A stretch of DNA of 64,000 nucleotides, taken from the NCBI GenBank assembly GCA_964434195.1, contig CAYSUI010000005.1, forward strand, positions 10,671 through 74,670, in the 5' to 3' direction. Shown in pieces: positions 40,836 through 49,658 of this stretch. The stretch is from an uncultured Candidatus Saccharibacteria bacterium (GTDB taxonomy: Bacteria > Patescibacteriota > Doudnabacteria > UBA920). The position numbers and the translations under genes are program-made. Within the stretch, counting starts at the first letter, position 1. Every line of letters begins with the position of its first letter. The notes under the pieces were generated by a model. The model was not told the DNA's origin. It did no database searches and saw only the letters and a list, made by a program, of their open reading frames with translations.

Positions 40836-41705
40836 GTGATCCCGTTTCTGAGCACAAAAATTTTGTATTATTACATATTAGACCCAACAAATATACCGTA
40901 CGATAAATTCGAACGGTATCAAATCGAATTACAAGGTCTTGTAGCTGAGTTTAATGTTTCTGGTGAAACCTCGAGAGTTACCCCACTAAGAAGTATTTCC
41001 GACCTTGTCGACACCGCCAGTAGTCGTGGAGTAAAAACCATAATCGCCTGCGGTACCGACGATACCTTTAACCTAATGCTCGCGAGTTTAAAAGGACGAG
41101 ATTTCGTACTGGGATTTGTTCCATTCGACGAAAATTCCTACCTTTCAAAAATACTTGGTCTAGGAAGTGTTTCTAATGCAATTAGAACAATAGCGGGTAG
41201 AAGAATTGAAAAAATAGATTTAGCCTACGTCGGATCTTCATATTTCATAAGTTCCTTAGAAATGGGCACCCCAACATCTGAGATAAAAAAAGCGGGTTTC
41301 TTCAGCAGTTTTAAAATCTTTGGAAATACCGGTGAAGAAATAACTCTTAGAATAGACGACAATTACACTTTAAACACAGAAATTTTAAGTGCGCTTGTTG
41401 TTAACACGCGTTCTACTTCTTCCAAAAACGCCAAACTCGCAAACCCAACCGACGGTTATCTGGATTTACTCATGATTCCCAAACTAAAAACTACCGATGC
41501 ACTGAAAAATAAAAGCATTATAGGTGAAGGTTTGTTGGAGCAAATACCGAATTCCTCAACAATAAGGTGTAAACAAGTAGAATGCCTCGAACCAAAAGGA
41601 ATGCCTATCAGGCTAGCAGGCAAAGTAATCGCTAAATTCCCTTGTTTAATCCAAATATCATCTGAAAGCTTAAGAGTTATTGTAGGCAAAAACCGCACAT
41701 TTTAA
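40836..41705 (+). CDS. Hypothetical protein, weakly DAGK_cat/lipid-kinase-like
   Basis: TIIACGTDDTFNLMLASL loosely resembles the GGDGT region of DAGK_cat kinases. Confidence 0.25.
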   Translation: MIPFLSTKILYYYILDPTNIPYDKFERYQIELQGLVAEFNVSGETSRVTPLRSISDLVDTASSRGVKTIIACGTDDTFNLMLASLKGRDFVLGFVPFDENSYLSKILGLGSVSNAIRTIAGRRIEKIDLAYVGSSYFISSLEMGTPTSEIKKAGFFSSFKIFGNTGEEITLRIDDNYTLNTEILSALVVNTRSTSSKNAKLANPTDGYLDLLMIPKLKTTDALKNKSIIGEGLLEQIPNSSTIRCKQVECLEPKGMPIRLAGKVIAKFPCLIQISSESLRVIVGKNRTF

Positions 41706-41869
41706 CCCCGTTGCTCGGGGTTTTTAGTTGCCAAAACACGCGCTTTTAGGTATATTTAGAAAGTTATAAATAAATTCCCTCGAATTTACTCATCCTTCTT
41801 ATATTGAATTATGCGATTCAAAAAATAGCTTTTTCTCGATACGGGTCTCCTATTTCGAGAAAAAATAAA

Positions 41870-41914
41870 AGGAAAGAGTGAGTCATGAGAGGGAAAACCA
41901 TGTTTTCCCTCTTA
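41870..41914 (+). repeat. 45-nt repeat: purine-rich SD (GGAAAGAGTGAGT) + ATG + perfect hairpin AGAGGGAAAA-ccatg-TTTTCCCTCT; copy A at the infB start
   Basis: Near-identical copy at 53317-53361. Confidence 0.7.
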
Positions 41915-43849
41915 TATTACTTTATGAATCTATCCTCCCTTTCAGAACAACTAAATTTGTCCATTCAGGAACTTCGCGATAAAGCTAACGCAAAGGGTTT
42001 TCGCATATCCCCAAGAGCAAACAAGATAGATAACCACCTCGCAAAGGAAATAATAGAAGCCCTACAAGTCAAAAAAACAGTTGAGAATAACACCCCAACA
42101 ACCCCAACCAGTATAAACCTCCCTCCATTCATTAAGGTCAGGGAATTTGCAGATTTGTTGAAAAAACCCGTGACCGAGGTCATTAAAGTGCTCATTCAGA
42201 ATGGAGTCATGGCTACTATCAACGAAGAGGTAGACTATGAAACAGCCGCTATCGTTGCTCAAGATCTAGGTTTCGAAGTCTCTACTCAGGTAAATAATGA
42301 CGAAGAAACTTATGGCTTAGGTTTCCTTCAACAAGTTATAACTTCTGAAACAGAAGGGAATTTACAACCCAGATCACCTATAGTAGCCGTAATGGGACAC
42401 GTAGATCACGGTAAAACCACCTTATTAGACGCAATCCGAAGAACCAAAGTAGCGGAAGGTGAATCAGGCGGTATTACTCAACATATTGGAGCTTATCAAG
42501 TTAAGCATAACGGTAAAAATGTTACTTTCTTAGACACACCTGGACACGAAGCTTTCTCAGAAATGAGAGCCAGAGGCGCTAATGTAACAGATATCATTAT
42601 TCTGGTTGTAGCGGCCGATGATGGCGTAAGACCACAAACAGTTGAGGTTATTAACAGAGCAAAATTCACCAATACCCCCATTATTGTTGCCATAAACAAG
42701 ATCGACAAAGAAAATGCTAACCCAATGAGGGTCAAACAGGAATTAGCAGAATATGGCATTTTAACCGAAGAATGGGGAGGCAAAACTATTGCGGTAGAAA
42801 TTTCAGCTAAACAAAACAAAGGAATAGATGATTTACTTGAAATGGTCCTTCTAACAGCAGAAATAGAAAACCTGAAGGCTAACCCAGAAGGTAAAACAGT
42901 GGGTACTGTAATTGAATCAGATACCGAACTCGGCTTAGGTGCTGTAGCAACCCTAATAGTCCAAAATGGGACCCTAAAAATTGGTGATATCTGTGTTGCT
43001 GGTAAAGCATACGGAAAAATAAAGAGTATGGAGAGCGATTCAGGTAAAAAGCTCAAAATAGCACCACCTAGCTCCCCGGTTAGAGTTTCGGGTCTTTCCA
43101 CCACCGCAGAAGCAGGAGATGTCCTACAAACAGTCGAAACTATCGAAAAAGCTAAACAAATTGCAGAAAGCGTAGCAAAAAGACAAAGAAGCCATACCTT
43201 AAAAGGTAAACACAGTCTCCAAGGAGATTTACAAAATAAGAGTCTCAATTTAATCATAAAAACCGACGTAGCTGGTAGCCTTGAAGCTATTAAACAATCT
43301 CTAGCCAAGTTAAAGAATGACGAAGTAAAAATTGAAATTCTAAATAGCGGTGTTGGAGAAGTAAATGAATCAGATGTTTTACTAGCAGAACCTTCTAAAG
43401 CCACCATTATAGCTTTTAGGGCCAAAACAAACCCCAAGGCAATAAATCTCGCTAAACAGAAAAAGGTTATAATCGATTCGTACGACGTTATTTACGAATT
43501 AATCGAGAACATTACTTCAGCAGTCGTCCAAATGTTCACCCCTGAATATGAAAAAGTAAGTTTTGGTAAAGGTGAGATATTAGCTATCTTTAGAACAGAA
43601 AAATCTGAAATGATAATTGGTGGAAAAGTAACAGAAGGCGAACTCAGAAAGAATAAGCGCATTTCCATAGAAAGAGCCGGAGTTCAAATTGGAACCGCCG
43701 AGATCCTAGAACTTCAACAAAGTAAGATCGCAACAAAAGAAGTTACTAAAGGAAATGAGTTTGGTATGAAACTAAAAACGAATATCAAACTTCAAACAGG
43801 AGATATTCTAGAAAGCTTCGAAGAAAACCTAAAACAAAAGAGTCTTTAA
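41885..43849 (+). CDS. infB: Translation initiation factor IF-2 (N-terminal 9 codons come from the repeat; real start could be further downstream)
   Basis: G-domain AVMGHVDHGKTTLLD, DTPGH, NKID; C-terminal beta-barrel domains. Confidence 0.9.
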   Translation: MRGKTMFSLLYYFMNLSSLSEQLNLSIQELRDKANAKGFRISPRANKIDNHLAKEIIEALQVKKTVENNTPTTPTSINLPPFIKVREFADLLKKPVTEVIKVLIQNGVMATINEEVDYETAAIVAQDLGFEVSTQVNNDEETYGLGFLQQVITSETEGNLQPRSPIVAVMGHVDHGKTTLLDAIRRTKVAEGESGGITQHIGAYQVKHNGKNVTFLDTPGHEAFSEMRARGANVTDIIILVVAADDGVRPQTVEVINRAKFTNTPIIVAINKIDKENANPMRVKQELAEYGILTEEWGGKTIAVEISAKQNKGIDDLLEMVLLTAEIENLKANPEGKTVGTVIESDTELGLGAVATLIVQNGTLKIGDICVAGKAYGKIKSMESDSGKKLKIAPPSSPVRVSGLSTTAEAGDVLQTVETIEKAKQIAESVAKRQRSHTLKGKHSLQGDLQNKSLNLIIKTDVAGSLEAIKQSLAKLKNDEVKIEILNSGVGEVNESDVLLAEPSKATIIAFRAKTNPKAINLAKQKKVIIDSYDVIYELIENITSAVVQMFTPEYEKVSFGKGEILAIFRTEKSEMIIGGKVTEGELRKNKRISIERAGVQIGTAEILELQQSKIATKEVTKGNEFGMKLKTNIKLQTGDILESFEENLKQKSL

Positions 43850-43938
43850 AACCCCTTTCCGGGGGTTTTTTGTTCTGTTTGCTACAATAAAACTACACTT
43901 GATAATAAAATCTAAACCTCGTATACTATCCATTCTCT

Positions 43939-44292
43939 ATGAAAAAAGACCTAAAAAAACCAAGTTTTCGCATAAATAAAGTTGAAGCCTTAGCCCAACA
44001 AATCATTGGCGTTGCCATACGTCCTTTTCTTGAAAATCTACCAGGATTTACCACTGTCAGCAAAGTCCAAGTGAGCAAAGATATGAAATGGGCCAAGGTT
44101 TATATATCTATCGTAGGTGGCGATGATAAAAAAATCTTTGACACTTTAAATAAAAATATTTACGACATCCAAGGCGAATTAAACCACCAATTGGCTGTAA
44201 AAATAGTACCTAGAATAAGTTTTCACCTAGACGAATCCCCTAGATATGCCCAGCACATAGAAGAAATAATAAAAGAGATTCACAAAGATTAA
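43939..44292 (+). CDS. rbfA: Ribosome-binding factor A
   Basis: KH-like RbfA motif RINKVEALAQQIIGVAIR...WAKVYISI. Confidence 0.8.
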   Translation: MKKDLKKPSFRINKVEALAQQIIGVAIRPFLENLPGFTTVSKVQVSKDMKWAKVYISIVGGDDKKIFDTLNKNIYDIQGELNHQLAVKIVPRISFHLDESPRYAQHIEEIIKEIHKD

Positions 44293-44294
44293 AT

Positions 44295-45341
44295 ATGGAT
44301 CCCGTTTTTAACCTAACCAAAGAAACTCTCGAAAAATCTTCAAAGATCCTCCTTACTACCCACGAAAGAACAGATGGAGACGATCTTGGTACTGTTTTGG
44401 CTATTTATGCGCACCTTTCTATTTTCAAAAACAAAGATATTAGAATCGTAATAAAAGGCGGAGTTCCTGAACAACTCAAATATCTACCTAATTCAGACAA
44501 AGTAACGGAAAAACTAGACCCTGGTTTTATTCCAGAAGTAATATTGTATTCTGGTTGTTCAAAAAAAGACCGTTGTAACTTACCAGAAATTACATCTCTG
44601 ACCACTCCTATAATAAATTTTGACCATCACCCAGATAACACAAATTTTGGTGATATCAATGTGGTCGATAGTAAAAAATCTTCTGTAGCAGAACTAACTT
44701 ACGATTTTTTTAATTACTCTAATTGGAAAATAACACCTGAGACAGCCACCTGTCTTTTGACTGGCATATTTACGGATACTGGCTCATTTATGCACAGCAA
44801 TACCAAACAAGCCAGCCTACTAGCTGCTGCTGATCTAATGAAAAAAGGAGCATCACTAACTAAAATTGCTAAATATACTTACAAAGGCAAGAGTCCCAAT
44901 ACACTAAAAGCATGGGGCAAAGCCCTTGAAAACACGTATTACGACGCAAACAGAAAGATAATCTATTCAGTAATGACTACCAAAGATTTAACCGACTTAA
45001 AAGACCTACCTTTATCTTCATTTGAAGGATTTGTAGAGACACTTAACAAAGTACCCGAAGCAAAGGTAGCCATGTTCCTAAAACAAGACGGAGATACCAT
45101 AAAAGGCAGCCTAAGAAGCGACCCACATAAAGGTATAAACGTTCAAAAAATAGCTAAAATCCTAGGTGGAGGAGGCCATGTATGGGCATCCGGCTTCTCC
45201 ATAGTAGGCCAACTACAAAAAAACGAACTAGGCAAATGGGTAGTAACCCCAACTATGCCAGAAGTTACGGAAAATATAACTTCAGTTAAAAACTACCTGA
45301 AAGAAGAAGCCTCCCTCCCCTTCCCCAAAAAACAAGCCTAA
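44295..45341 (+). CDS. nrnA: DHH/DHHA1 phosphoesterase, NrnA-like nanoRNase / pAp phosphatase
   Basis: DHH motifs HERTDGDDLG, NFDHHPDN; DHHA1 GGGGH. Confidence 0.75.
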   Translation: MDPVFNLTKETLEKSSKILLTTHERTDGDDLGTVLAIYAHLSIFKNKDIRIVIKGGVPEQLKYLPNSDKVTEKLDPGFIPEVILYSGCSKKDRCNLPEITSLTTPIINFDHHPDNTNFGDINVVDSKKSSVAELTYDFFNYSNWKITPETATCLLTGIFTDTGSFMHSNTKQASLLAAADLMKKGASLTKIAKYTYKGKSPNTLKAWGKALENTYYDANRKIIYSVMTTKDLTDLKDLPLSSFEGFVETLNKVPEAKVAMFLKQDGDTIKGSLRSDPHKGINVQKIAKILGGGGHVWASGFSIVGQLQKNELGKWVVTPTMPEVTENITSVKNYLKEEASLPFPKKQA

Positions 45342-45467
45342 ATACTCAAACAATCGTTCTTAAATAGAACGATTTTTGTTAGCTAAATAAATGAAAAGAG
45401 AATATTTTATAACTCACAAAAAGAAAGAAAACTTATCCAAGCTGAGGAAAGAGGAGAAAAAAATTAA

Positions 45468-45875
45468 CAAAGAGCATTTGATCTAGCTTTAAACCTAACC
45501 AACATACCAAAAGAAAAATATCCTCAAATAATTCTCTTCGCGCACTGTACAAGGTCGGAAAATTATTCCAGAACAGATAGAAAAGGGGAAGATATAAGAA
45601 TACGTATAAAATCGGTATCAGGGGGCAATACAAAAGAACAAGGATATATTGTCTATGACGTAAAAAGTTCGGAATACGGAGCATATCTCAAAGAAACTGC
45701 TGATGCAAAATTTAGCTCATATGTTAACGCAAAAAGAAAAGCTGGAAATATCAAAAATGCCAGATTGTCAAAAACATTAGTGGTAAATGAAATGAAATCA
45801 GACCATGAAATCCAGGAACAAATACTAAAGGACCTAAAAGAAGTAAACTTATTACCAGATTCCATAGATCTATAG
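45468..45875 (+). pseudogene. Roughly 135-codon open frame without ATG start, preceded by a short ATG ORF (45391-45486) in another frame; adjacent to an A7 homopolymer; frameshifted gene or non-canonical start
   Basis: Manual frame tracing; stop TAA at 45465-45467 opens the frame, first ATG only 27 codons before the end. Confidence 0.3.
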
Positions 45876-45890
45876 GAAATCCAGTTTTCC

Positions 45891-45924
45891 CAAAAGAAAA
45901 CACCCAATTATGGGTGTTTTCTTT
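45891..45924. terminator. Perfect palindromic hairpin AAAGAAAACACCCA-atta-TGGGTGTTTTCTTT at the 3' end of the tRNA operon
   Basis: 14-bp perfect stem. Confidence 0.55.
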
Positions 45925-45998
45925 TGGAGCGGCTAACGGGAATCGAACCCGTGTCCCTTCCTTGGCAAGGAAGAGTTCTACCATTGAACCATAGCCGC
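45925..45998 (-). tRNA. tRNA-Gly (anticodon GCC), CCA encoded
   Basis: Anticodon stem CTTCC/GGAAG, loop TTGCCAA; T-arm CGGGTTCGATTCCCG. Confidence 0.8.
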
Positions 45999-46026
45999 AC
46001 TATGTAAAACATATTCTACTACAAGA

Positions 46027-46167
46027 TTCACGAGCGTAGCAATGTGAATGCGCCAACCAAAAGTAGCTCGCTACTTTTGAAAGGGACAACAAGGTAAACG
46101 AAGTGTAGTCTTTATGAAGCGAAAGCGTAATAAAGACGTAACGCAGTGAGCCTTGGTTGGCCCGTGG
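46027..46167. ncRNA. E2: tRNA-associated structured repeat, copy 2, between tRNA-Phe and tRNA-Gly
   Basis: Aligns with E1/E4; hairpin 2 AAAAGTAGC-tcg-GCTACTTTT and hairpin 3 GTCTTTAT...ATAAAGAC show compensatory changes. Confidence 0.55.
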
Positions 46168-46244
46168 TGGTGCCTCGGCTCAGAATCGAACTGAGTACGC
46201 AAGCCTCTTCAGGGCTTCGCTCTACCAATGAGCTACCGAGGCGC
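46168..46244 (-). tRNA. tRNA-Phe (anticodon GAA), CCA encoded
   Basis: Anticodon stem AAGCC/GGCTT, loop CTGAAGA. Confidence 0.8.
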
Positions 46245-46251
46245 TTCTATA

Positions 46252-46282
46252 TTCACGAGCGCAGCAATGTGAACCATTTATC
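46252..46282. repeat. E3: truncated roughly 25-nt remnant of the E repeat between tRNA-Val and tRNA-Phe
   Basis: TTCACGAGCGCAGCAATGTGAACC matches the conserved E 5' end only. Confidence 0.5.
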
Positions 46283-46358
46283 TGGTGGACGCTACAGGAC
46301 TCGAACCTGTGACATCTTCGGTGTAAACGAAGCGCTCTACCAACTGAGCTAAGCGTCC
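46283..46358 (-). tRNA. tRNA-Val (anticodon UAC), CCA encoded
   Basis: Anticodon stem CTTCG/CGAAG, loop TTTACAC. Confidence 0.8.
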
Positions 46359-46385
46359 CTATATATATTATAACTGAGACTATGA

Positions 46386-46522
46386 TTCACGAGCGCAGCA
46401 ATGTGAATTCGCTACAAAATGTAACTCGTTACATTTTAAAGGGGCAACTTGGGGAACGTAGTGAAAGGTTTATGGAGCGATAGCGTAATAAACCTGCAAC
46501 GAAGAGAGCCAAGATTGACCCG
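46386..46522. ncRNA. E4: tRNA-associated structured repeat, copy 4, between tRNA-Leu(GAG) and tRNA-Val
   Basis: Aligns with E1 over the full length. Confidence 0.55.
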
Positions 46523-46607
46523 TGGTGCCCGAGGAGGGACTCGAACCCTCAAGCCTTACGGCATACGCACCTCAAGCGTACGCGTATACCAATTCCGCCA
46601 CCCGGGC
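46523..46607 (-). tRNA. tRNA-Leu (anticodon GAG), type II, CCA encoded
   Basis: Anticodon stem TACGC/GCGTA, loop TTGAGGT; long variable arm. Confidence 0.8.
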
Positions 46608-46915
46608 ATAGATACATTTTACTAACTGAGGAAAAACTAAACGCTTCGTTATTTTAACAAAGTCATAAAAAAAAATCTAGCTTATTTACGCACAAAGAAC
46701 TTTCGCTGTTTTCAGAGGAAAAAAATAAAACTCCTCTTGTTTAAGAGCAAAAATAACCAAAAGGCCTTGTTTTTAACCCCAAAATCTGCTATACTAGACA
46801 TAGAACGTGCTAAATGGCACGCTCTTTTAATTCCGGAATTTGAATACAGAAACATTAATCTGGATACAAATTCCTTAGCATTAACCCAAAAGGGATATAG
46901 GATTACTATCATAAA

Positions 46916-47566
46916 ATGAAAGCAACCCCTACAATTTCTTCTGCAGTTACAAAACTCCAAGCAATTGGACTTATGGTAACGACTTTAGTTTGGGCTTACC
47001 CAACTGACGCTTTGGCTTCAAGCCTCCAGCAAGAAATGCTTACAAAAGCTCTCGTTTTCGATGTAAAACAAAAAGAAGAACTCACTTCCCTATATGGTTA
47101 TACCGTTGGTACTAGCCCTAAAGAAAAACTTGCTCAAAGTGTTAAAGAATATCTTGCTAGAAGAAATTCCCCACTCGCTGAATGTGATAACATCATAGAA
47201 CAAAACAACTGGAAAAAAATTCTTTCACTGGCCAATGCAGAAAGCGGATTAGGAAAACGTACAATACCAGGAACCCATAATTATTGGGGTGTTATGGCAG
47301 GAAGTACTTTAAAAGTTATGGCAGACAATAAATGTGATGCCATAGCAAACATGAACGAATTCTTAGCCAACTATCCACGTAGAATGTCAGTGAAATATCA
47401 GGATATGCCAATAGAACGCATGAACGGATTATATAAACAACCCTATGCTCTACACTGGACTATAAATAATAAAGTTATTATCAACGACCTCACTAAGCTT
47501 GAAAAAGAAGCATATGGCCCCCTACTCACCGAAATTGAACCCGAGGCTGTATTAGCTAAAAATTAA
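46916..47566 (+). CDS. Secreted glucosaminidase-domain (GH73 / FlgJ-C-like) peptidoglycan hydrolase
   Basis: Signal peptide; ANAESGLGKRTIPGTHNYWGVMAG resembles the E-S-G-W-G...N-Y/L-F-G-I/V glucosaminidase motif. Confidence 0.45.
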   Translation: MKATPTISSAVTKLQAIGLMVTTLVWAYPTDALASSLQQEMLTKALVFDVKQKEELTSLYGYTVGTSPKEKLAQSVKEYLARRNSPLAECDNIIEQNNWKKILSLANAESGLGKRTIPGTHNYWGVMAGSTLKVMADNKCDAIANMNEFLANYPRRMSVKYQDMPIERMNGLYKQPYALHWTINNKVIINDLTKLEKEAYGPLLTEIEPEAVLAKN

Positions 47567-47577
47567 TAGAAATAATA

Positions 47578-47607
47578 AACCTCCCCCATAATAGGGGGAG
47601 GTTTTTA
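47578..47607 (+). terminator. Terminator hairpin AACCTCCCCC-ataata-GGGGGAGGTT + T-run
   Basis: 10-bp perfect stem after the stop codon. Confidence 0.6.
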
Positions 47608-47785
47608 AATGAAAAACCTCGGGGCAAGCCCACGAGGTATCGAATCTCATGTGTCATTCCCGAGAAGTCGGGAATCCATGCGCTTGAATCTCATGGATCC
47701 CCGCATGCGCGAGGATGACAACACAGCGGGGCAAGCCCCGGGGTATTAACCCTAACAGAGATAATAAAAAACCGACATAACAATT

Positions 47786-48109
47786 TCATAATCGTATGTC
47801 GGCAATAATGTCTGCAAGAGACGTAATTAACACAATTCGCCTCTTCATTCTTCTGGCTTGTCTTATCTCCTCCATCTGCAACTGAGGATCATAAACTAGA
47901 AGAAAGATACGCTTCGTAGCGCTTGTGAAGAGTTGCTCCAATCCCTGAAAACTAGTTAGAACTACATGACTGGGACCTTGTTCTACTACCTCCTGAGCAG
48001 ACTGGGTGAATGATGTTTCAAAACCCATAGCACGAATAGTATCTAGAAGCGGATTTGCCTCGTCCACTCGCGCCACACTTCCGTTGGTGAAACAGAGTGT
48101 ACTTGTCAC
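47786..48109 (-). CDS. Hypothetical protein in a locally GC-richer segment
   Basis: ORF; DNA here is visibly richer in G+C than the flanking genes. Confidence 0.3.
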   Translation of the reverse strand: MTSTLCFTNGSVARVDEANPLLDTIRAMGFETSFTQSAQEVVEQGPSHVVLTSFQGLEQLFTSATKRIFLLVYDPQLQMEEIRQARRMKRRIVLITSLADIIADIRL

Positions 48110-48394
48110 TTAATCTCCTCCCGAAAAATTTATTGTGAAAACCAAATAAAATAGATAACTAACGAATATTAATAAAATAATAACCACATGTAAAGTGGAC
48201 AACTAATTTATAATTTAAGAGTCCATTCCCATGGAAATGGGAATCCACACCCAGATTGATTTTTACGCCCTAATAAAGTAAAATTGAGTAACGAATTCCC
48301 CACTGACGTTGCACTTCTGCATTTAATAGCAGCAAAGCTGCGAGACGGGGGAAGCTTCGATCCGGGTTTCCCGGATGAAGGGGTGCTCTTGAAG

Positions 48395-48446
48395 GAATCA
48401 GGCTTCGCCTGTCCCTGCTCAAGTCGGCTACGCAAGCCCCTACCTA
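48395..48446. repeat. X1: REP-like hairpin module (CAGGCTTCGCCTG ... GCTCAAGTCGGCTACGCAAGCCCC) immediately 5' of tRNA-Cys; paralog of the insert at 56714-56792
   Basis: Aligns with CGAATCTGGCTCTGCCAGTTCGAGAGGCGACGCAAGCCCCC at the gyrA 3' scar. Confidence 0.45.
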
Positions 48447-48521
48447 GGTGCGTTGGCGAAGTGGTAACGCTGCGGTCTGCAAAACCGCCATGCGTGGGTT
48501 CGAATCCCACACGCACCTCCA
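48447..48521 (+). tRNA. tRNA-Cys (anticodon GCA), CCA encoded
   Basis: Acceptor GGTGCGT/ACGCACC, anticodon loop CTGCAAA, T-arm GTGGGTTCGAATCCCAC. Confidence 0.8.
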
Positions 48522-48537
48522 TGTGGGAGGTTATTCA

Positions 48538-48705
48538 GGATTCCCAAATTACTTGCTTACGTATGAGTTTATTTGAAAAACCCCGAAGAGGGGTTTTTCA
48601 AAAAACAAAGCAAGAAGCAGTTTGGGAAGAGGAGAACTTTATGGAAACTGCAGTTACTAGTTCTGCAACGAACTAGTAACGGAGGTTGGAATAAAGTATG
48701 ACGAG
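48538..48705 (+). ncRNA. Y1: roughly 165-nt structured element (long GAAGA-loop hairpin; SD GGGAAGAGGAGAA + 11-codon mini-ORF 48641-48676) between tRNA-Cys and its truncated copy
   Basis: Second copy at 56844-57009 with compensatory stem changes (CCCC/GGGG vs GCGC/GCGC; ACTAGTTC/GAACTAGT vs ATTAGTTT/AAACTAAT). Confidence 0.55.
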
Positions 48706-48771
48706 GCGAAGTGGTAACGCTGCGGTCTGCAAAACCGCCATTCGCGGGCTCGAATCCCGCTCGCGCCTCCA
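48706..48771 (+). pseudogene. 5'-truncated tRNA-Cys copy (D-arm to CCA; acceptor 5' strand absent) with compensatory T-stem/acceptor changes relative to the intact gene
   Basis: GCGAAGTGGTAACGCTGCGGTCTGCAAAACCGCCAT identical; T-stem GCGGG/CCCGC vs GTGGG/CCCAC; 3' acceptor TCGCGCC has no 5' partner upstream. Confidence 0.7.
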
Positions 48772-48859
48772 AAAAACAACAATCCTATTTGTTGTTTTTT
48801 AATTGGTATACGATAATAAATCTCTTGTGATTACGTTTACCTATTGATATAATTGTAAT

Positions 48860-49345
48860 ATGCCCAACAAAAGGAGATGGACAAATAAAGAATTGATTAA
48901 GGCTGTGAAAACATCTTATAGTCTCAGGCAAGTATTAATACTACTCGGACTACGGCCAACAGGTGGTAATTACGATCAACTAGCAAAATACATAAAAGAA
49001 CTAAATCTAAATATCACACATTTTAAGGGTAAGGGCTGGAATAAGGGTTTAACATATTTTCATCCTCGTCAGGAATTAAAAGATCTTCTTGTCAAAGGTG
49101 GAACTTCCCAAAGTTACAAATTAAAACTACGACTATTCCGAGAAAATCTTAAACCTCAACAATGCGAAGAGTGTGGGTGGGCAAAAAAATCACCTGATGG
49201 ACGCCTACCACTAGAACTTGAACACATAAATGGAGACAGGCACGATAATAGAATAGAAAACTTAAAAATTCTGTGTCCAAACTGCCATAGTTTAACTATT
49301 ACATATAGGGCTAGAAATAAAATCAAAAAATCTGCTACAATATGA
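48860..49345 (+). CDS. HNH-family endonuclease (stand-alone, 161 aa)
   Basis: CEECGW...LELEHINGDRHDNRIENLKILCPNCHS: canonical HNH with flanking Cys pairs. Confidence 0.8.
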   Translation: MPNKRRWTNKELIKAVKTSYSLRQVLILLGLRPTGGNYDQLAKYIKELNLNITHFKGKGWNKGLTYFHPRQELKDLLVKGGTSQSYKLKLRLFRENLKPQQCEECGWAKKSPDGRLPLELEHINGDRHDNRIENLKILCPNCHSLTITYRARNKIKKSATI

Positions 49346-49350
49346 ACCAT

Positions 49351-49436
49351 GCCCGAGTGGCGGAACTGGTATACGCACAACACTTAAAATGTTGCGTCCT
49401 ATGGAATTGAGGGTTCGAGTCCCTCCTCGGGCACCA
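49351..49436 (+). tRNA. tRNA-Leu (anticodon UAA), type II, CCA encoded; starts 6 nt after the HNH stop
   Basis: Acceptor GCCCGAG, anticodon stem CAACA/TGTTG, loop CTTAAAA, long variable arm. Confidence 0.8.
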
Positions 49437-49596
49437 CAAAAAACACGTTCATATATGTGAACGTGTTTTTTATTAATATTAACTAAAAATAAAGGGAATC
49501 AAACCTTCGCGCTAGCGAAATCTTTAGAAAGCTTAAGACATGCTCCGCTGGCTTAAGCGTTCGGCGCAAGCCTGCGAAGTCGCCGATATATAGACA

Positions 49597-49658
49597 TCCC
49601 TCCTCGGGCACCACAAAAAAACACGTTCTATATATGAACGTGTTTTTAAGTAATATAT
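49597..49658 (+). repeat. Direct repeat of the last 18 nt of tRNA-Leu(UAA) plus its terminator hairpin, 160 nt downstream of the original (att-like duplication flanking a 113-nt structured insert at 49481-49593)
   Basis: TCCCTCCTCGGGCACCAC + AAACACGTTC-tatatat-GAACGTGTTT duplicates 49419-49468. Confidence 0.7.

Noticed and set aside
42496-43437. 313-aa minus-strand ORF
   Set aside because: It lies entirely antisense within infB and has Ser/Leu/Ala-rich low-complexity composition typical of antisense frames.
45433-45984. Three overlapping minus-strand ORFs (45433-45684, 45653-45907, 45751-45984)
   Set aside because: They overlap each other, a terminator palindrome and tRNA-Gly. The plus strand carries a more protein-like, though start-less, frame.
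48284-48676. 130-aa plus-strand ORF spanning tRNA-Cys
   Set aside because: It overlaps an intact tRNA gene and the X and Y repeat elements. Only its last 12 codons (the Y mini-ORF) have translation signals.
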